From Enoplolaimus lenunculus (taxonomy: Eukaryota), in NCBI GenBank assembly GCA_030248215.1, contig JASANG010000864.1, positions 1 through 64,000 of the forward strand: 64,000 nucleotides of DNA, given 5' to 3'. The translations under genes and the position numbers were made by a program. The notes beneath the pieces were generated by a model. That model was not told where the DNA came from. It saw nothing but the letters and a program-made list of their open reading frames with translations, and did no database searches. Numbering within the stretch: position 1 is the stretch's first letter; each line of letters begins with the position of its first letter. Below, piece by piece: positions 36,453-49,500 of this stretch.

Positions 36453-39400
36453 TCCGTTGCCAATTTTTGTCCTTTTCAAACATGCGGGCATTTTTATTTG
36501 GTTAACCATTATACCAAATGGATTGCGATTTTTGCGATTTAAAATGTTGTTTCTCTTAGTAAATATTTAACTTCTAACTGATTGCTATAAGCTAAAATTG
36601 GGAGTTTTCTTACTTTGTTTTACTTGGCTAATACCTTTAAGCCGCTGCCCATGTAAAGACCAGGGGCTGAACGGTTTTTGTGAGACTACAATAGAGTAAA
36701 CTTAAGCTTTAGGCTATTTTTGTTACGGCCCTGATCTATGCATACGGCAAATCTGAAAATAGGGAGTTCCACAATTTTTCTGATTTGTAAACGCTTTTGT
36801 TTCAAAGCATGGCATTGCAGTAACCACGTGGCGTTAGTGGTTGAATTACCATACACATATAAATGATATGTTTTGGATTCTGTTATTCATGTATTTGTTG
36901 TATATCGGCGCTTTCAAGTTTCAGCTGAATAAAACAGGTTAATATTTTTACTAGAGCGATTACTTTGACGTTCGTTTTTGCCAGTTTAGAAACAAATAAA
37001 GTCAAAAATTTGCAAAGTCTATACTGCATACTAAGAATTTTATCATTGCATGTCAGTGTGGTAATCCTTGTTTATTGAACGAATACAGCGGTCGAATTGA
37101 TATGTTAAGCACGTGTTTATTTTCTGGCGAATTTTTGCCCCAAAGTGCGCCGAATGGAGGCTCAAAATTTTCGGCATCCGTTGTAAGGTAGAAAATATTA
37201 ATGTTTAGCGGTATCATATGACTGTGAAAGGATAGCCGATAAAATAATAGCAGAATTTTAAATGAAGTTAAAATTTGAATGTTTTAGAGCCAGCTATATC
37301 GATATTAAAGTTATTTTGTCCGTTTTGACATGTCAGAATTAAAAAGCATATTAAGTTGGAATACGGTGTAGGGAATGACTCGTCAGTTTTCCGCGGTCTC
37401 AAAACGGGGTCGTAACCACAAGTAATATTTTAGAAACTGGTTCGTTGTACTATAGAGTTAGAAAATGGTTTAATGTGTTCTGAATGAAAAAATTGCTAAA
37501 AGCCCGTTGGGAAAAATCGCAAAGGGGTGTCGCTATATTTTTCGATGTGAATCAGGTATGCTTGAGCCAAAGCCTGTGTATGCAAAAATGCAAAATAGCT
37601 GCCAATTCTAAATTGCCTATGTCGGAGTCGAATTTGGTCCAGTTTGTGTAGTGCCGTAGAACCTATTTCGGAGAGCCAATTTGACTCACCATTTTTTGCA
37701 GCGCAAGTGAAATATTTACTTTGAAGGGGCGTATATATATCTGCGGTACGAATTTACAAAATACTTTTAATTTCATTAAAATTTGGCAGGTTGTTTTTTA
37801 CTTTTAAACTGGGTATGTCGCAACTACAGCATTCTTAAAGGTAGTCATTGAGATGAGAAGACAGCGAAATGTAAAAGTTGTTGGTTTCGGATTCAGGGAT
37901 GGAGTGGATAAACATCAGCGGACCCAAATTGCGTCTGGCTTGTATAGTTCAATATTGCCAAATCGCGGCACGCGGAGGCTAACAGTTTATGTCTATCATT
38001 CGCCCCATATAAATTTAAAAATTATAATGATATTCGTTGTGGATTACGAAGTACAAAGTATTTATTTCAGCGGCTTTTGCTTTAAAGGATGCGATTGATT
38101 TAATTTTGAATTTTAACAAAAGCCAAAATTTAAAGAATTTAAAGTAGCCGATGGATATTTGCCGACTTTCACTGCTTATTTTGGTTAAAATTTTGCTGGG
38201 CCGAGCAGATTATTTGTATATTTATTATATTCACTTTCGCTGTAAAGTTTGTTGCTTATGTTAATTTTAGCGTTTTACAGGCCTGAAATGCTACTCTCAA
38301 AGCACCGAATTCGTGGCTATTCCAAACTTTGCTTTCGTTTCGGCTCATCACTCTACAGTGAACGTTAACCTACGGCTTGAGTTTGGGTTTAAATTTTGGT
38401 GCAATTTTTGATTCGAATATTGTCGAAAATTTCTAAGCAAACATAAAACCAATATATAATTTGGACAACACTATAGATATTTGCTAAAATTGGCAATAAA
38501 TACTGTTTTAACTGCTTACTTCACTTCTGGTATGTCCTTCGACTATTTTTCGTCGCTCGCAAAATGTCATACTGTGTCAAAATAAAATCCTGTATTGCCT
38601 ATGATTAGTCCCAATAGCTCCAACAAGATCTAGGCTATATGTCTAGATGAGGGCCGTAAGTTTGTAACGTATTCGTAAACCTAAGCCAAAAACATATACC
38701 ATAATTCCCGTCTGAAATACTACGTTCGACCTAGCGGCCCATGTATAGAACAGGGCCGGGTCGTTTCAGGAGGGGCCACAATAGAGTCAGTTTAAGCTTT
38801 AAACTGATTTTTTTGCTTAGGCTTAGGAATATGCTTATATACTACTGTTCCGGCCCTGTTCTATACATGGACCGACCCATATAATAGCTATATATTTGCT
38901 TCACTGAATCGAAAACATTTGCCTACGCTTTTTAGAGATTCCGGCATTAATATTTCAACGCTATGAAGTAACATTTAGGCATATTTTGATGATTCACACA
39001 AATTGCAATGAATAGAGTGTTTGTATCAATATTTTTTATAAAAACATTAGCATTTTTTGTTTTTCATAATTTTATGCTGCTGCTGCTGCCGCGAATCTGC
39101 GCCCGCCTGCAATATTGATGTTGGTTGATTTTTATCGTTCCCAAGTTCTGTTCGTTATGCACTGTTTGGTGGTGGTACCTGATACAATTGTATAAAATTG
39201 AATGCGACTTAGCGTTTGAACGTGAACCTATTTTTAGCATTTTTGGGAAATTTGGGTAAAATATTATGTAATCGCGTTGAAAATTGGCCTGATTTTGTTT
39301 GCTGATACAATTCAAATACAAAATGGCGGAGTCTGAGTTAATTTTGCTGATGGACGCAGGAGTGACAAATAGAGATTAGTGACCACTGCGATGAACTGAT

Positions 39401-40137
39401 CATAATGTGCACTTAAAACCACAATTGCGGTTGACCACTTTTTGGAAATTTGTGCTCAATAGAATAAAAACAGCCTATACGGGTAAAGAAATGAACCTAA
39501 AATGGCTTTTAACAATTGTTTCTGTCGCTCGATTTGGTTTTTGGTAAAAATCTTCACTTCAACTATTAATTTATCTGCCGTAAAAATTTTGACTGCTGCA
39601 GTTGACATAGAATTTTTAAGCTCAATTTGCTGCAGAAACAGTTGAATGACTATTTTTTAAATCGTTAGCTTATTTTTGTTTTAAATGATCTAAATCAATG
39701 ACTTTTTGAGGAAAAATTTAGATAATAATAGTGTAGAACCCGGAACGGCGGGGTTATTACAACAAATAATGGCTATGCACTTCGTTTCACAAGGCCCAAG
39801 TGTACAAGCAACGTGCTCATGATGGGTCGTTGCACTATAACTGCATAGAAGAAATTATTTCCTTCAACAATGAATAAACCACTGTGATGTGTACAATTTT
39901 GACGGGAAACTACACCAAATATTGTACTTTTGATTATTATTAATGACAAAATTTGCTGCAGAATTTTTGTTGTATAATTAAAAACTCAAAATAGCGGCCA
40001 TAAATTTTAGATCTTACAGTAATTTTCATTGCAAATGATCGTTTTGTACTATTGCAGGGTCGCATCTACGAGAGGGGATGGGACGAGATGAAGCGCGACC
40101 GTGTACCAGGGCGTATAAAAAAGAAGTAGGGGAACAT

Positions 40138-40301
40138 ACAGGCGTGTAGCCAGCTCACCTTGCTAAGGGGCGTTAAAAAATTTTCAGGAGGGGCATACAA
40201 GGTTTCTCAATGACTTACAAGCAAGGTTGAAAATTTTCCAGGGGGGGGGGCAAAAATTTCCAGTTAGGGCTGAGCCCTTTGCCCGCCTTTGGCTACGGGC
40301 T
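40138..40301. mobile_element. Short GC-ended MITE family E (core GACTTACAAGCAAGGTTGAAAA)
   Basis: Related copies near 7791-7960, 8755-8910, 10363-10530, 18335-18490, 50325-50490, 54003-54168, 54449-54640. Confidence 0.65.
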
Positions 40302-42394
40302 CGAGAATATATTCCCCTGGAAAGACTTGAAGAAGGCACACGGATTGTAGAATAAAGTTACACAGGTCAAAAAAATTTATCGCTCGATTTGATCGCACGC
40401 AAAAGAACGTTTTAGACGACGCTTTTACCTCTCGCGATGAAACCCTGGTTACGCACATGCCCCCGTAAGGGCATGTTTTCCCTATCCCATGGGCTGAAAA
40501 TTTTTTCCTACAACATTAAAATACTGAATAGAAAAACGTTTCCTCTGCCCCCATCTATAAATCTCACTTCTACACACAATTCCTGGTTGAACGCATGTTG
40601 TTTTGACATTAAAATTACAAAATACTACTATTTTAAGACGAAAAATAAGTGTATTTGAGTTTGCTAATGACCGTTCAATTCAATTATTTATTCACAATGA
40701 TTCTTTCTAAGCTAGTTTTTGTTAAATGTGAAATTTTTTATACCGCATCTGAGAGAAATACTTGAAGCTATGTGATCTATGCCGCAGCGTACCAGCTTCG
40801 CTATTTCGTTAGGGAGAGCACCAATGCGGTCCTGCAAGTCCCTCGGAACAAAACCTATCCAATGTGCGATTTAAAAAATTCGGCCTATTTGGTGCATTCC
40901 AGTTATACAGTCCATTATTCATACTTATTTGGCTTTTGGCTCGCTTGAGGTTTCTTCTGCCATTATATTTATTGCTGTGCCCCTGTTTTCGGATAAGCTG
41001 CTGCGTTCCTGGTTGATACCTTACAGAGGAGGCCTTATCCGGGTTGCGTTAGGTGGGGCTTTTGCTAGAGATGTTACGGATGCGGATGCTTTAAATTATG
41101 AGGATGCGGATACGGATGTTTTTCAGAATCCGCGTTTCCAATGTTTGAAATTTGACGCCTTGTATTCGCATGTTTTAATGTACAGACAAAAATGAGGTTG
41201 AACTTTTTACAGAGAATATTGCAAGTCAACCCAATCTGCAACTGGTGGTTAATACAAGCAAGCTCTCGTTGTGTAATCTTTTAGTTGTTTTATTTTCTGT
41301 AGAACTGCAATAGAGTAAGGTTAAGCTTCAGACTAATTTTCTTGCTTGGCTTAGGCTTAGGCTTAGGCTTGTGAATATGCTCATTGTTACGTTTAGGCTT
41401 AGGCTTAGGATTAGGCTTAGCCTTAGAAATATGCTTATAATACTGTTCCGCCCCTGTTCTTTACATTGGCCAATGTTTTAAAGGATATACAAAAAACGAC
41501 TAATACCGACAGTTTTGTAAGAGAATTAGGAGAAAGCGATTGTAAGATACATGATGACTGGATCCACGTCAAGCATTTTGGAAACCGATTTGGGGGCTAA
41601 AGTAAACAGAACATAACGCTTGCCTTCATGGTATCACGGCAATTCGTCGCCCGACGAACCGATCACTTGTAATCCGAAATTTCATCGATCTGACTTGACC
41701 GTCATTATGCCCAGGTTTAGGTTTTGGCTTAGCATTACGCTTAGTATTGTGCTTAGAATTATTCATAGGCTTCGGGACACTGTTGGGCGGCTAGTTGTCG
41801 GGCGGCGAATTGCCGTAGATTGTTCCCCTAATACAAATCGTAAAGCAATATATACAGTACCACGTGTTCTGGCGTGTAACCAGGGGCGAGGTGTTGCGGG
41901 TTCAGTCTAAACAACCCTATCCGCAATCCAAAACATTTAGGATTGCTACAAACGAATTTATAAGTTTTTATTACGGATCCAATACAAAGGCTGGGTTTCT
42001 GAAATCTTACTGAAATGTAAAGTGTTTACTATAATTAAGTAATTGTTTAAGTCGCGGACTTTAAAGTAAATACTTAATTTTTGAACTAAAATCGAATAAT
42101 CGCCAGATGTGAGGATCGATGATAACAAGAAAGCCGTAGTTTTGTTTTATATTTAGGAGGGATCATCAGGAGTCTACAATTTTGATTAGGCCAAGGCTAA
42201 TAAGCCTGAACTGTTACTCTGTAAAGTAACAAAATTTAGTCAGCGACTTAAGTATTTACTTAATTTAAGTATATACGCTTTTAAAAACGGCAAATTAGAA
42301 AATAGTGTTAAGTAATTTCTTAGTATATACTTAAGTGTATTAGGTCGTACTTAAGTATGGTTTCAGAAACCTAGTCGAAGTTTTGCAAAAACAA

Positions 42395-42720
42395 CCGCAA
42401 CATCCATATCAAAACAAGTCCGGAAGCGGATCTTAGATCCACAGTTAATTTTTGCGGATGCGGACATCCGCAAAACCCCAGCGTCTGCTACCGAAGCCTC
42501 AGCTCTGTCTATTGACACAAGTAATTTTTTAAAATCTTCTCAGAAACTTAGCCGATGTTTTGCCAGAAACATCCGCAACATCCGCACGAAAATAAGTTCG
42601 GAAGCGGATCTTAGATCCACGATTAATTTTTGCGGATGCGTACATCTGCAAAATCGCAAGCGTCTGCTACCGTAGCCTCTGCTCTGTCTATTGAAACACG
42701 CAATTTTTTTAAAATCTTCT
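42395..42720. repeat. Tandem duplication, period ~179 bp
   Basis: CGGAAGCGGATCTTAGATCCAC ... GCGTCTGCTACCG ... TTTTTTAAAATCTTCT occurs twice. Confidence 0.85.
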
Positions 42721-45700
42721 AATCTTCAATATTTCAACGGCCATTTTGTATGAGTCACTCTGTCAATTTCACAAGTTTGTGGGAGGCTGGTAGCGGATTG
42801 GAATGTTTTCTTTGAGCGTTTCCGAAATGCAGACTGATCGTTCGATAGTGCTGTAGAGCTAACAGTGACTAAATTTAAATGCTCTCAATCACATGAATCA
42901 ATTTCCCACCTACGACCATTCGTAAGCCAATTTGTGAAACTTTTTTTACTTTTGTTTGTGATACAGGGGTGTAGACAGGATTTCAATTCAGAACAGCATA
43001 CCATCATGTCAAAACGTTTTGACTTCTATACACTGCAAAAAATCGTGAGTCAAATTGACTCGCTCCGAAATAGGATTTCCCGGACTATACAAACTGAGTC
43101 AAAGATCGACTCCGCCAGAGTCAAATTCGACTCATTGAGTTCGGAAAAGCCAATTTCGGAATGATTGAATTCGGCTCACTATTTTTTGCAGTGTAATATA
43201 TATTAAAATTATTTTAAATCGTGTTAAAAGTACTTTCCTTCTTGTATAACCAGAAATTTCGGGAGGGGATCTATTCGATCTAACCTCCTGCCTTTTTCAT
43301 ACGCTACTAATGGGTACCGATTTGTTCCTTTTGCAACATTTGTATCACTGATTCAAATTGCAGCTGTATTATATAAATTCGGTGCCATAAAGCCGGTTGA
43401 TTAAGCTGCGATAGCAAAGTTGAATTTAAAAATTTTACTTTAATTTAAAAACCCGGAATGAAACCAGGGTCATTCGTACAGAATTTTGTTCGATGCAATT
43501 TCGCACAAATTTGTATAAAACATTGCAACATTTTCATGGTTCCGGCTAAACGCACGATCAAATTTGGATTCATATTTAGCCCAGCACCAACATCGAAAAT
43601 TCAAAAAATGGAGGGGAAACCCGGGTTTGATAAAACAAAAAATCCAAAAATTAAGCCAAGCAAAAAAGTTAGTCTAAAGCTTAAGCTTACTCTATTCTAG
43701 TCCCACAGAAAAAAGTTCTACCCGCGATTTTTACATGGGCCAAATTTTGTGAATTTTTACAGTTTTGTGGTTATTAGTGCAATATAGCTAGAGTAAGTAT
43801 GTTTCACATCCATACAGTGCAAAAAATGGTGAGTCAAATTGACTCTGTCCGAAAACTGCTTCTCCGGAGTACACAAACTGAGTCAAATTCGACTCCGCCA
43901 GAGTCAAATTTGACTCACCCGAGTCGCTCAGTGAGTCGAATTTGACTCTGGCAAAGTCGAATATGACTCATTTTATGTAGTCCCAAAAAGCGTATATCGG
44001 AGAGAGTCAATTTGACTCACCATTTTTTGCAGTGTATTGTGCTAAGTGGAACATTAGATACGGTGCGGTTTATTGTACACTGTTCCGCCACCGGCTTAGG
44101 TTTCGAAAAAGGCTTACATACGCCTCATCCTAAGCACCTAAGCCGGAGTCTTAACTTTAAATGTGAAGGAAACAAGACCTGCGGTGCGTTCTCTGAGTTT
44201 TGTTCACTTTTCTTAAGCAAAAGCTTAAGCTTAATCATAAGCTTATACCTAAGCGAAGCCTAAATAATGCCACAGTCCGAAAATTTCAAACATTGTAAGT
44301 ATAATATTGTACAAGAACCTATATTTACATACAAGCTCAATTTAGTTATCATATTCAATATGAAATAATCGCTTCAAACAGCAAACCAGTTCGAAACTAA
44401 TTCCTAAACGGTAACCTTTTCATGGATAAATAGGTATATAACTGTCTTAACCTATCAATAAATCTGAGCACAATCCTAAGCCTAATCCTAAGCCTAAGTA
44501 TTATAATGATTGACGGATAACATTTCGACTAGCGACGAATGGTCGTGATACCACCCTGAACATCAAGGATTGACACAACGGCAGCAATACGTTGCCGGGT
44601 GACGACATGTGCATTCGTACAAGGTTACTATGACTATTGTCTTCAGTGCACAGTAAAAAGATGGTCGTCCCAAGGCATCTTGACACTAATTTAAACCTCT
44701 TAACGCAATTTTAAATTTTGAAACAAGCTTTTTTGTTTAGTTTTTAATTCGCGCAACTATTTGACGGTACAATTTGTTTATTTTCTGCATATCATGAATT
44801 ACAGTTGAGCAACCAGCTTAATAAATTAAGCGTGGTGGCAGTAGAAAAACGATAAAAGCTATTTTATTGCGCAAAACTGAATCGAACCTGAACTAATTTG
44901 ATTGTAATACATTCATAAAGCCTACACCCACTGTTTATTTTTTCAAATTTATCAACTTTAATATATACTTAATAAACGTAAATAGTTAATTTAAGTGTTA
45001 TTGTTCGGATTATTGGTACATTTTTATAACATTGTAGTAATTTGTAAACAACTGGCTTGTGTCATAAACTATTAAACTAAACACTATTTGGCTGTTATAA
45101 TATCTAAAATAGATTCCCAACCCTAATTCGCTGTATAATATATTTTATGCTAAATAAATATTTGGAAACTAAAAAACTTAAGCGTTAATGGTTTAGTCAG
45201 CAGTTCTTACATTTTCTATCAAACGTTAGAAATTACGTGATTTCAATGGACATTTTTTTGTTGCACTCATATTTGAAAATTTATTTCAAATTAACCTTTA
45301 TTTAACACCATATCCAGTTGGATAAACTGTGTCTTTGGTAGATCCACAGTGGCAAGAAAGTGTCACTCAATTTACGGTAAATTGACTATTTTCACCATAT
45401 TAGCGGTAATAGAAGAAATTTTATTATTTACTGATGGATGAAATTATATTAATGTATTACAATTCTGACGCGCGACAACTTGTTGCCCAACAGTGTCCTA
45501 AAACCTATGTTCTTTTCAATGATCATAACCGTAATCCTAGTCTCAGCGTAAGCCTAAGCCAAATGATGGGCAAGAAATCGCCAAGTCGATAAAATTTCGG
45601 ATTACAAGTTGTCGTCGGTCGACGGATTGTCGTGATACCATTAGAAATTATTAAAAAATAAACAGATTAAATAACTAATAAATTTCACTATTTTATTAAA

Positions 45701-46409
45701 TTTAATCAGCAGTTATATACTAACAATAAAATTCAACTCCAAGTTCGAAATGCCAAAACCAGCGCTACCATCAGTAATATCAGCTGGTTAAGTGTTCTAC
45801 GTATAAGATTGCAAACAAAAGGGGATAGTCGATGAAGACGCGCCCCCTTGAATATTGCAATCAATGTTTGGATTTGAAACACTTACCAGTCTGGTATTAC
45901 TGATTGGAGCGTAGAGTCGTCTCTTATCTCTGCAACAGGCATACATTAGTTTGATGGTAAGTGTACTGGGTTCACTAGTTTACGCCGCTGGGACTGCTTA
46001 CTAACTCTTCAGGTAGTACTAACCAAGAGATAAATTTTATTTAATTTCCTGTGATAAAGTGAATCGCTAGCTATTTTTTGAGATTTACTAGTTAAAGCAG
46101 CAAATAGCATTACGACAATTCGTCGCCCGACAACTTGTAATCCGAAATTATATCGACTCCACAATTTGTTGTCCATCAACAGTGTCAGGATATAGGCTCA
46201 GGGATACGCATATGATTATGTTTAGATTTGTTCGTAGGATTTAGGAAATTGTTGGGCGTTAAGGTGTCGGGCGACGAATTGTAGTTGAATCAGCAGCAAT
46301 ATTCGCCCCACGATTATACCCGTAAATGTTTCAACGGAACGAAGTAACTTTTTCATGGAGTCGTTTCAGGCCACTTACTATTCATATAATATAGGTATAT
46401 AATTTAACG

Positions 46410-46599
46410 GGCCCATGTAAAGATCAGGGGCGGAACGTTTTTCTGTGGGTCTAGAAAAGAATAAGCTTAAGCTTTGGACTAATTTTTTTGTTTGGTTTAG
46501 GCTTAGGCTTAGGAATATGCTCATTTTTACGCTTAGGCTTAGGCTTAGGCTTAGGAATATGCTTATAATACTGTTCCGCACCTGTTGTTTACATTGGCC
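46410..46599. mobile_element. MITE family A, well-preserved copy
   Basis: GGCCCATGTAAAGATCAGGGGCGGAAC ... GTTCCGCACCTGTTGTTTACATTGGCC with (TTAGGC)n core. Confidence 0.8.
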
Positions 46600-49500
46600 A
46601 TTTAAACTAATGGTGATGGTTTCGGGGTTTTTTTCGTTAACCAGTATTTATATCAGGTAGTTCAGCCCTTAGAGGCATTGCGCAGAGTTGTATGCTAGAA
46701 ATTCTTGAAATATTGCTTCATTCCTTTAATTTTTGAGTTTTTCTAAAATTAAGTTAAATTGAATATTAAACCAAATATATACGTGATGCACGCATGATGC
46801 AATGTACATATGCCTATGCACGTATTTCTCTGTAGCTGACTTCATATTCCACAAAAAGTTTGGACAGGGCAGTAGCAGCCACCCATATACCCATATCTGG
46901 GGGCCAAACCCTCCAAATGGGCCCTTACCCGAGCCCGTTCAAATAAACCCTACGTAGCTTTGAGATGCGTGCGGCCACGTTTCCCCATTGCTTCAAACAG
47001 GTGTAAATTGTACTAATCTTTTAAACAAGGCAGGATTGACTGATCCACCCGCTACATTTTCTGAAATGCTTATTTTCAAAACGTGTCCTCACAGCTAAAT
47101 TCGACAGGATGGCTCGGCCAACTATGGTAACTCCACGGAAGAACATGTATCCGCCCCTGTGTCGGGGATCTCACTTTGGAAAAGTGCGTATAACGCAATC
47201 TTTTAACAAACCCAATTTTAAAAATTAAAACTTCATTGTCATGGGTAAAATAGACTAACGCACGGCGATTCTTTCAGTTGGCACCCGCTCTGGTATTATG
47301 CGGGCCTTGTACGCCCCCGAAGCGCGTACAACGATTGCAGACTTAGGTTATAGTTATATGGCTATGTAATGCCAGAATACAAGTTTGAGTCATCTTGCCT
47401 ACTTACAATAACAATAGTGGATAATGACCACTTTCAACAAGAGAGTGCAGCTGGGTACATTCTGTACAAAAAACTGTAGCACCGGTCGTTGCGTTTTTGG
47501 CCTGCTACAGAAGGAAGTTTGTATGCAGTATTGTATGCCACTCAAATTGTTTTTAGATGTAATCAAAAAGAGGTGGATGCTAAACACAACGCCCGGTGGT
47601 ACATTTTGTATTGCACAATTCTATCTGAGAGTTGCATACTCTTGTAAGTGGGATCATCGACTGTTGATAAACTATTACTACATCATATATAATTGATAAA
47701 ACTATTGTTCCTGTTTAGAGATAAGATTTTGTGTGATATTTATTGCTAATTCAGCTAGCAAATTGTTACCACAAACTAAGAATTTAAATTATCTCTGGCT
47801 TTCCAATTATTTCAATTTTTGTGAAGTCGCCGAAAATCTAAAATTTGAGTTTGACCTTCAACTGCTGCACTTTTATTTATGTCTAAGGCCACTCTGCTAT
47901 TCAGGCCAGTTATTAATTGGCCTGGGCCGCCAATTGGTAGTTGGTCTAAATAACAGAGAGGCCTACGACATAGAAACCAAAAATACGCGTCAAAATTTTG
48001 TACGTAGCCTGAAATATATAAGCAGTGGAATGCTGAACTTGGTTGGGTTTCGGCTTCCTGCATTAATTCACTTATACCAGAAAGTTTTTCAGTAAAGTAT
48101 ACAGCGGTGAACAAAGCTTTTCATAACATAGAAATGAAAACTTTATGAAAAAATTTAACATCCCTATTTTTTTAAATTTATTTAAAATTGCATCATCTTT
48201 CTCGCTCGCTCCATCGTTAAATATTGTACCCCAGCGTATGTGGTTCCCAGGGCTGGCACAGTCACCGATGTACCTTCCATTTTGGGATGCAACCCAAAAA
48301 TCGGTACCTACCCAAACAAGATTCTAAACAAAAAAATTTGAAAAATATTTTGATCATTGCAAGGGGAAACTGCCTCGGAATTTTGGTTACGGTGCCCATC
48401 CTAGGCTACTCCGGCACCACGGACGAACCCACTGGGTGGCATTCGCGTTAAAAGTAAACAAACTTGAGTTGCAATAGTACGGACGCCCCAAGATTATTCG
48501 GAGCCCGTCAAAATAATTTTCTACGGACGCTCATGTCGGGCACTGGTGGCTCGTCCCGTTTTTAGATGAACTGTTGTGCGTTTGTGCATATATTCAATGT
48601 GCAATAAATTGTTCACAGTCACTATTTACGATCGTCAACCCGTTATAGGGATTTTAAACATTTTTTGCATGTGCTAACGGTGGTATTTCTAACCACATTT
48701 AACCCAATAACCAGTGGTGTAATTTTCGAAAATGCATTGCTTGGGGGGGGGGGCTATTTTTGACATTACCAAATGTTGTTTTAATTTTAGTATTCATCTC
48801 TACTCCCAGACAGTCAACCTCGAAGTATACACAAGACCACTGTACAGTACGAGTATTTCAACAATTGCGATAGAATTTTATGTTGAAATTTCACAGTTGT
48901 TGTCAAATACTCAAGCAGTACAATGTGGCATGTCTCTGACATCACGTGTGATCCCATCATTTTAAATTATAGAAGCCCCAAGCTACCCTTGAAATACTGA
49001 CGTGCTTACCTGGCTTCCTTATTCTCCCACAAGCGTCAGGTACCATTTGTAATCGGTTCGGTTGTCAACGCAAGGATATGGGTAAGCAATTTTTCGCATG
49101 CTTTAGAATTGGGCCAATTTCTAATGTGGGAATTAATTGCTCAACTAATTTTTGGTTGTGTTTTGGGAAGTTTTTAAACGGTTTGAAGCGCTATTATAGT
49201 TTGTCGGCTGTACCGTGTTTATTGTTTGAGATATAGATTGCTTGGACAGCGGTCAAGGACGGCAGGATCATAACAGACCTGTGTTACGGCAGGACGTAAT
49301 TAATTCAAACTGGATAGCGGACAGATATTAAAAAAACATTTGCGCCGCTTCAGAATTTGTTTTAAACTACTGACTGATGATTGGTTGTAGAGTTTAAAAT
49401 TTTGGAAAATAATGATTTTTTTGAATAAAAGTTTTAATATACTTTCAAGATTTTCCAACCAAGGATTTCTAACCCAAAAAGTTGGAAATTATATTAAATT

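Noticed and set aside
39064..39330. Minus-strand terminal-exon-like ORF and a nearby CAAAATGGCGG (YY1-like) motif
   Set aside because: No partner exons or homology recognisable; a single short motif is not enough.
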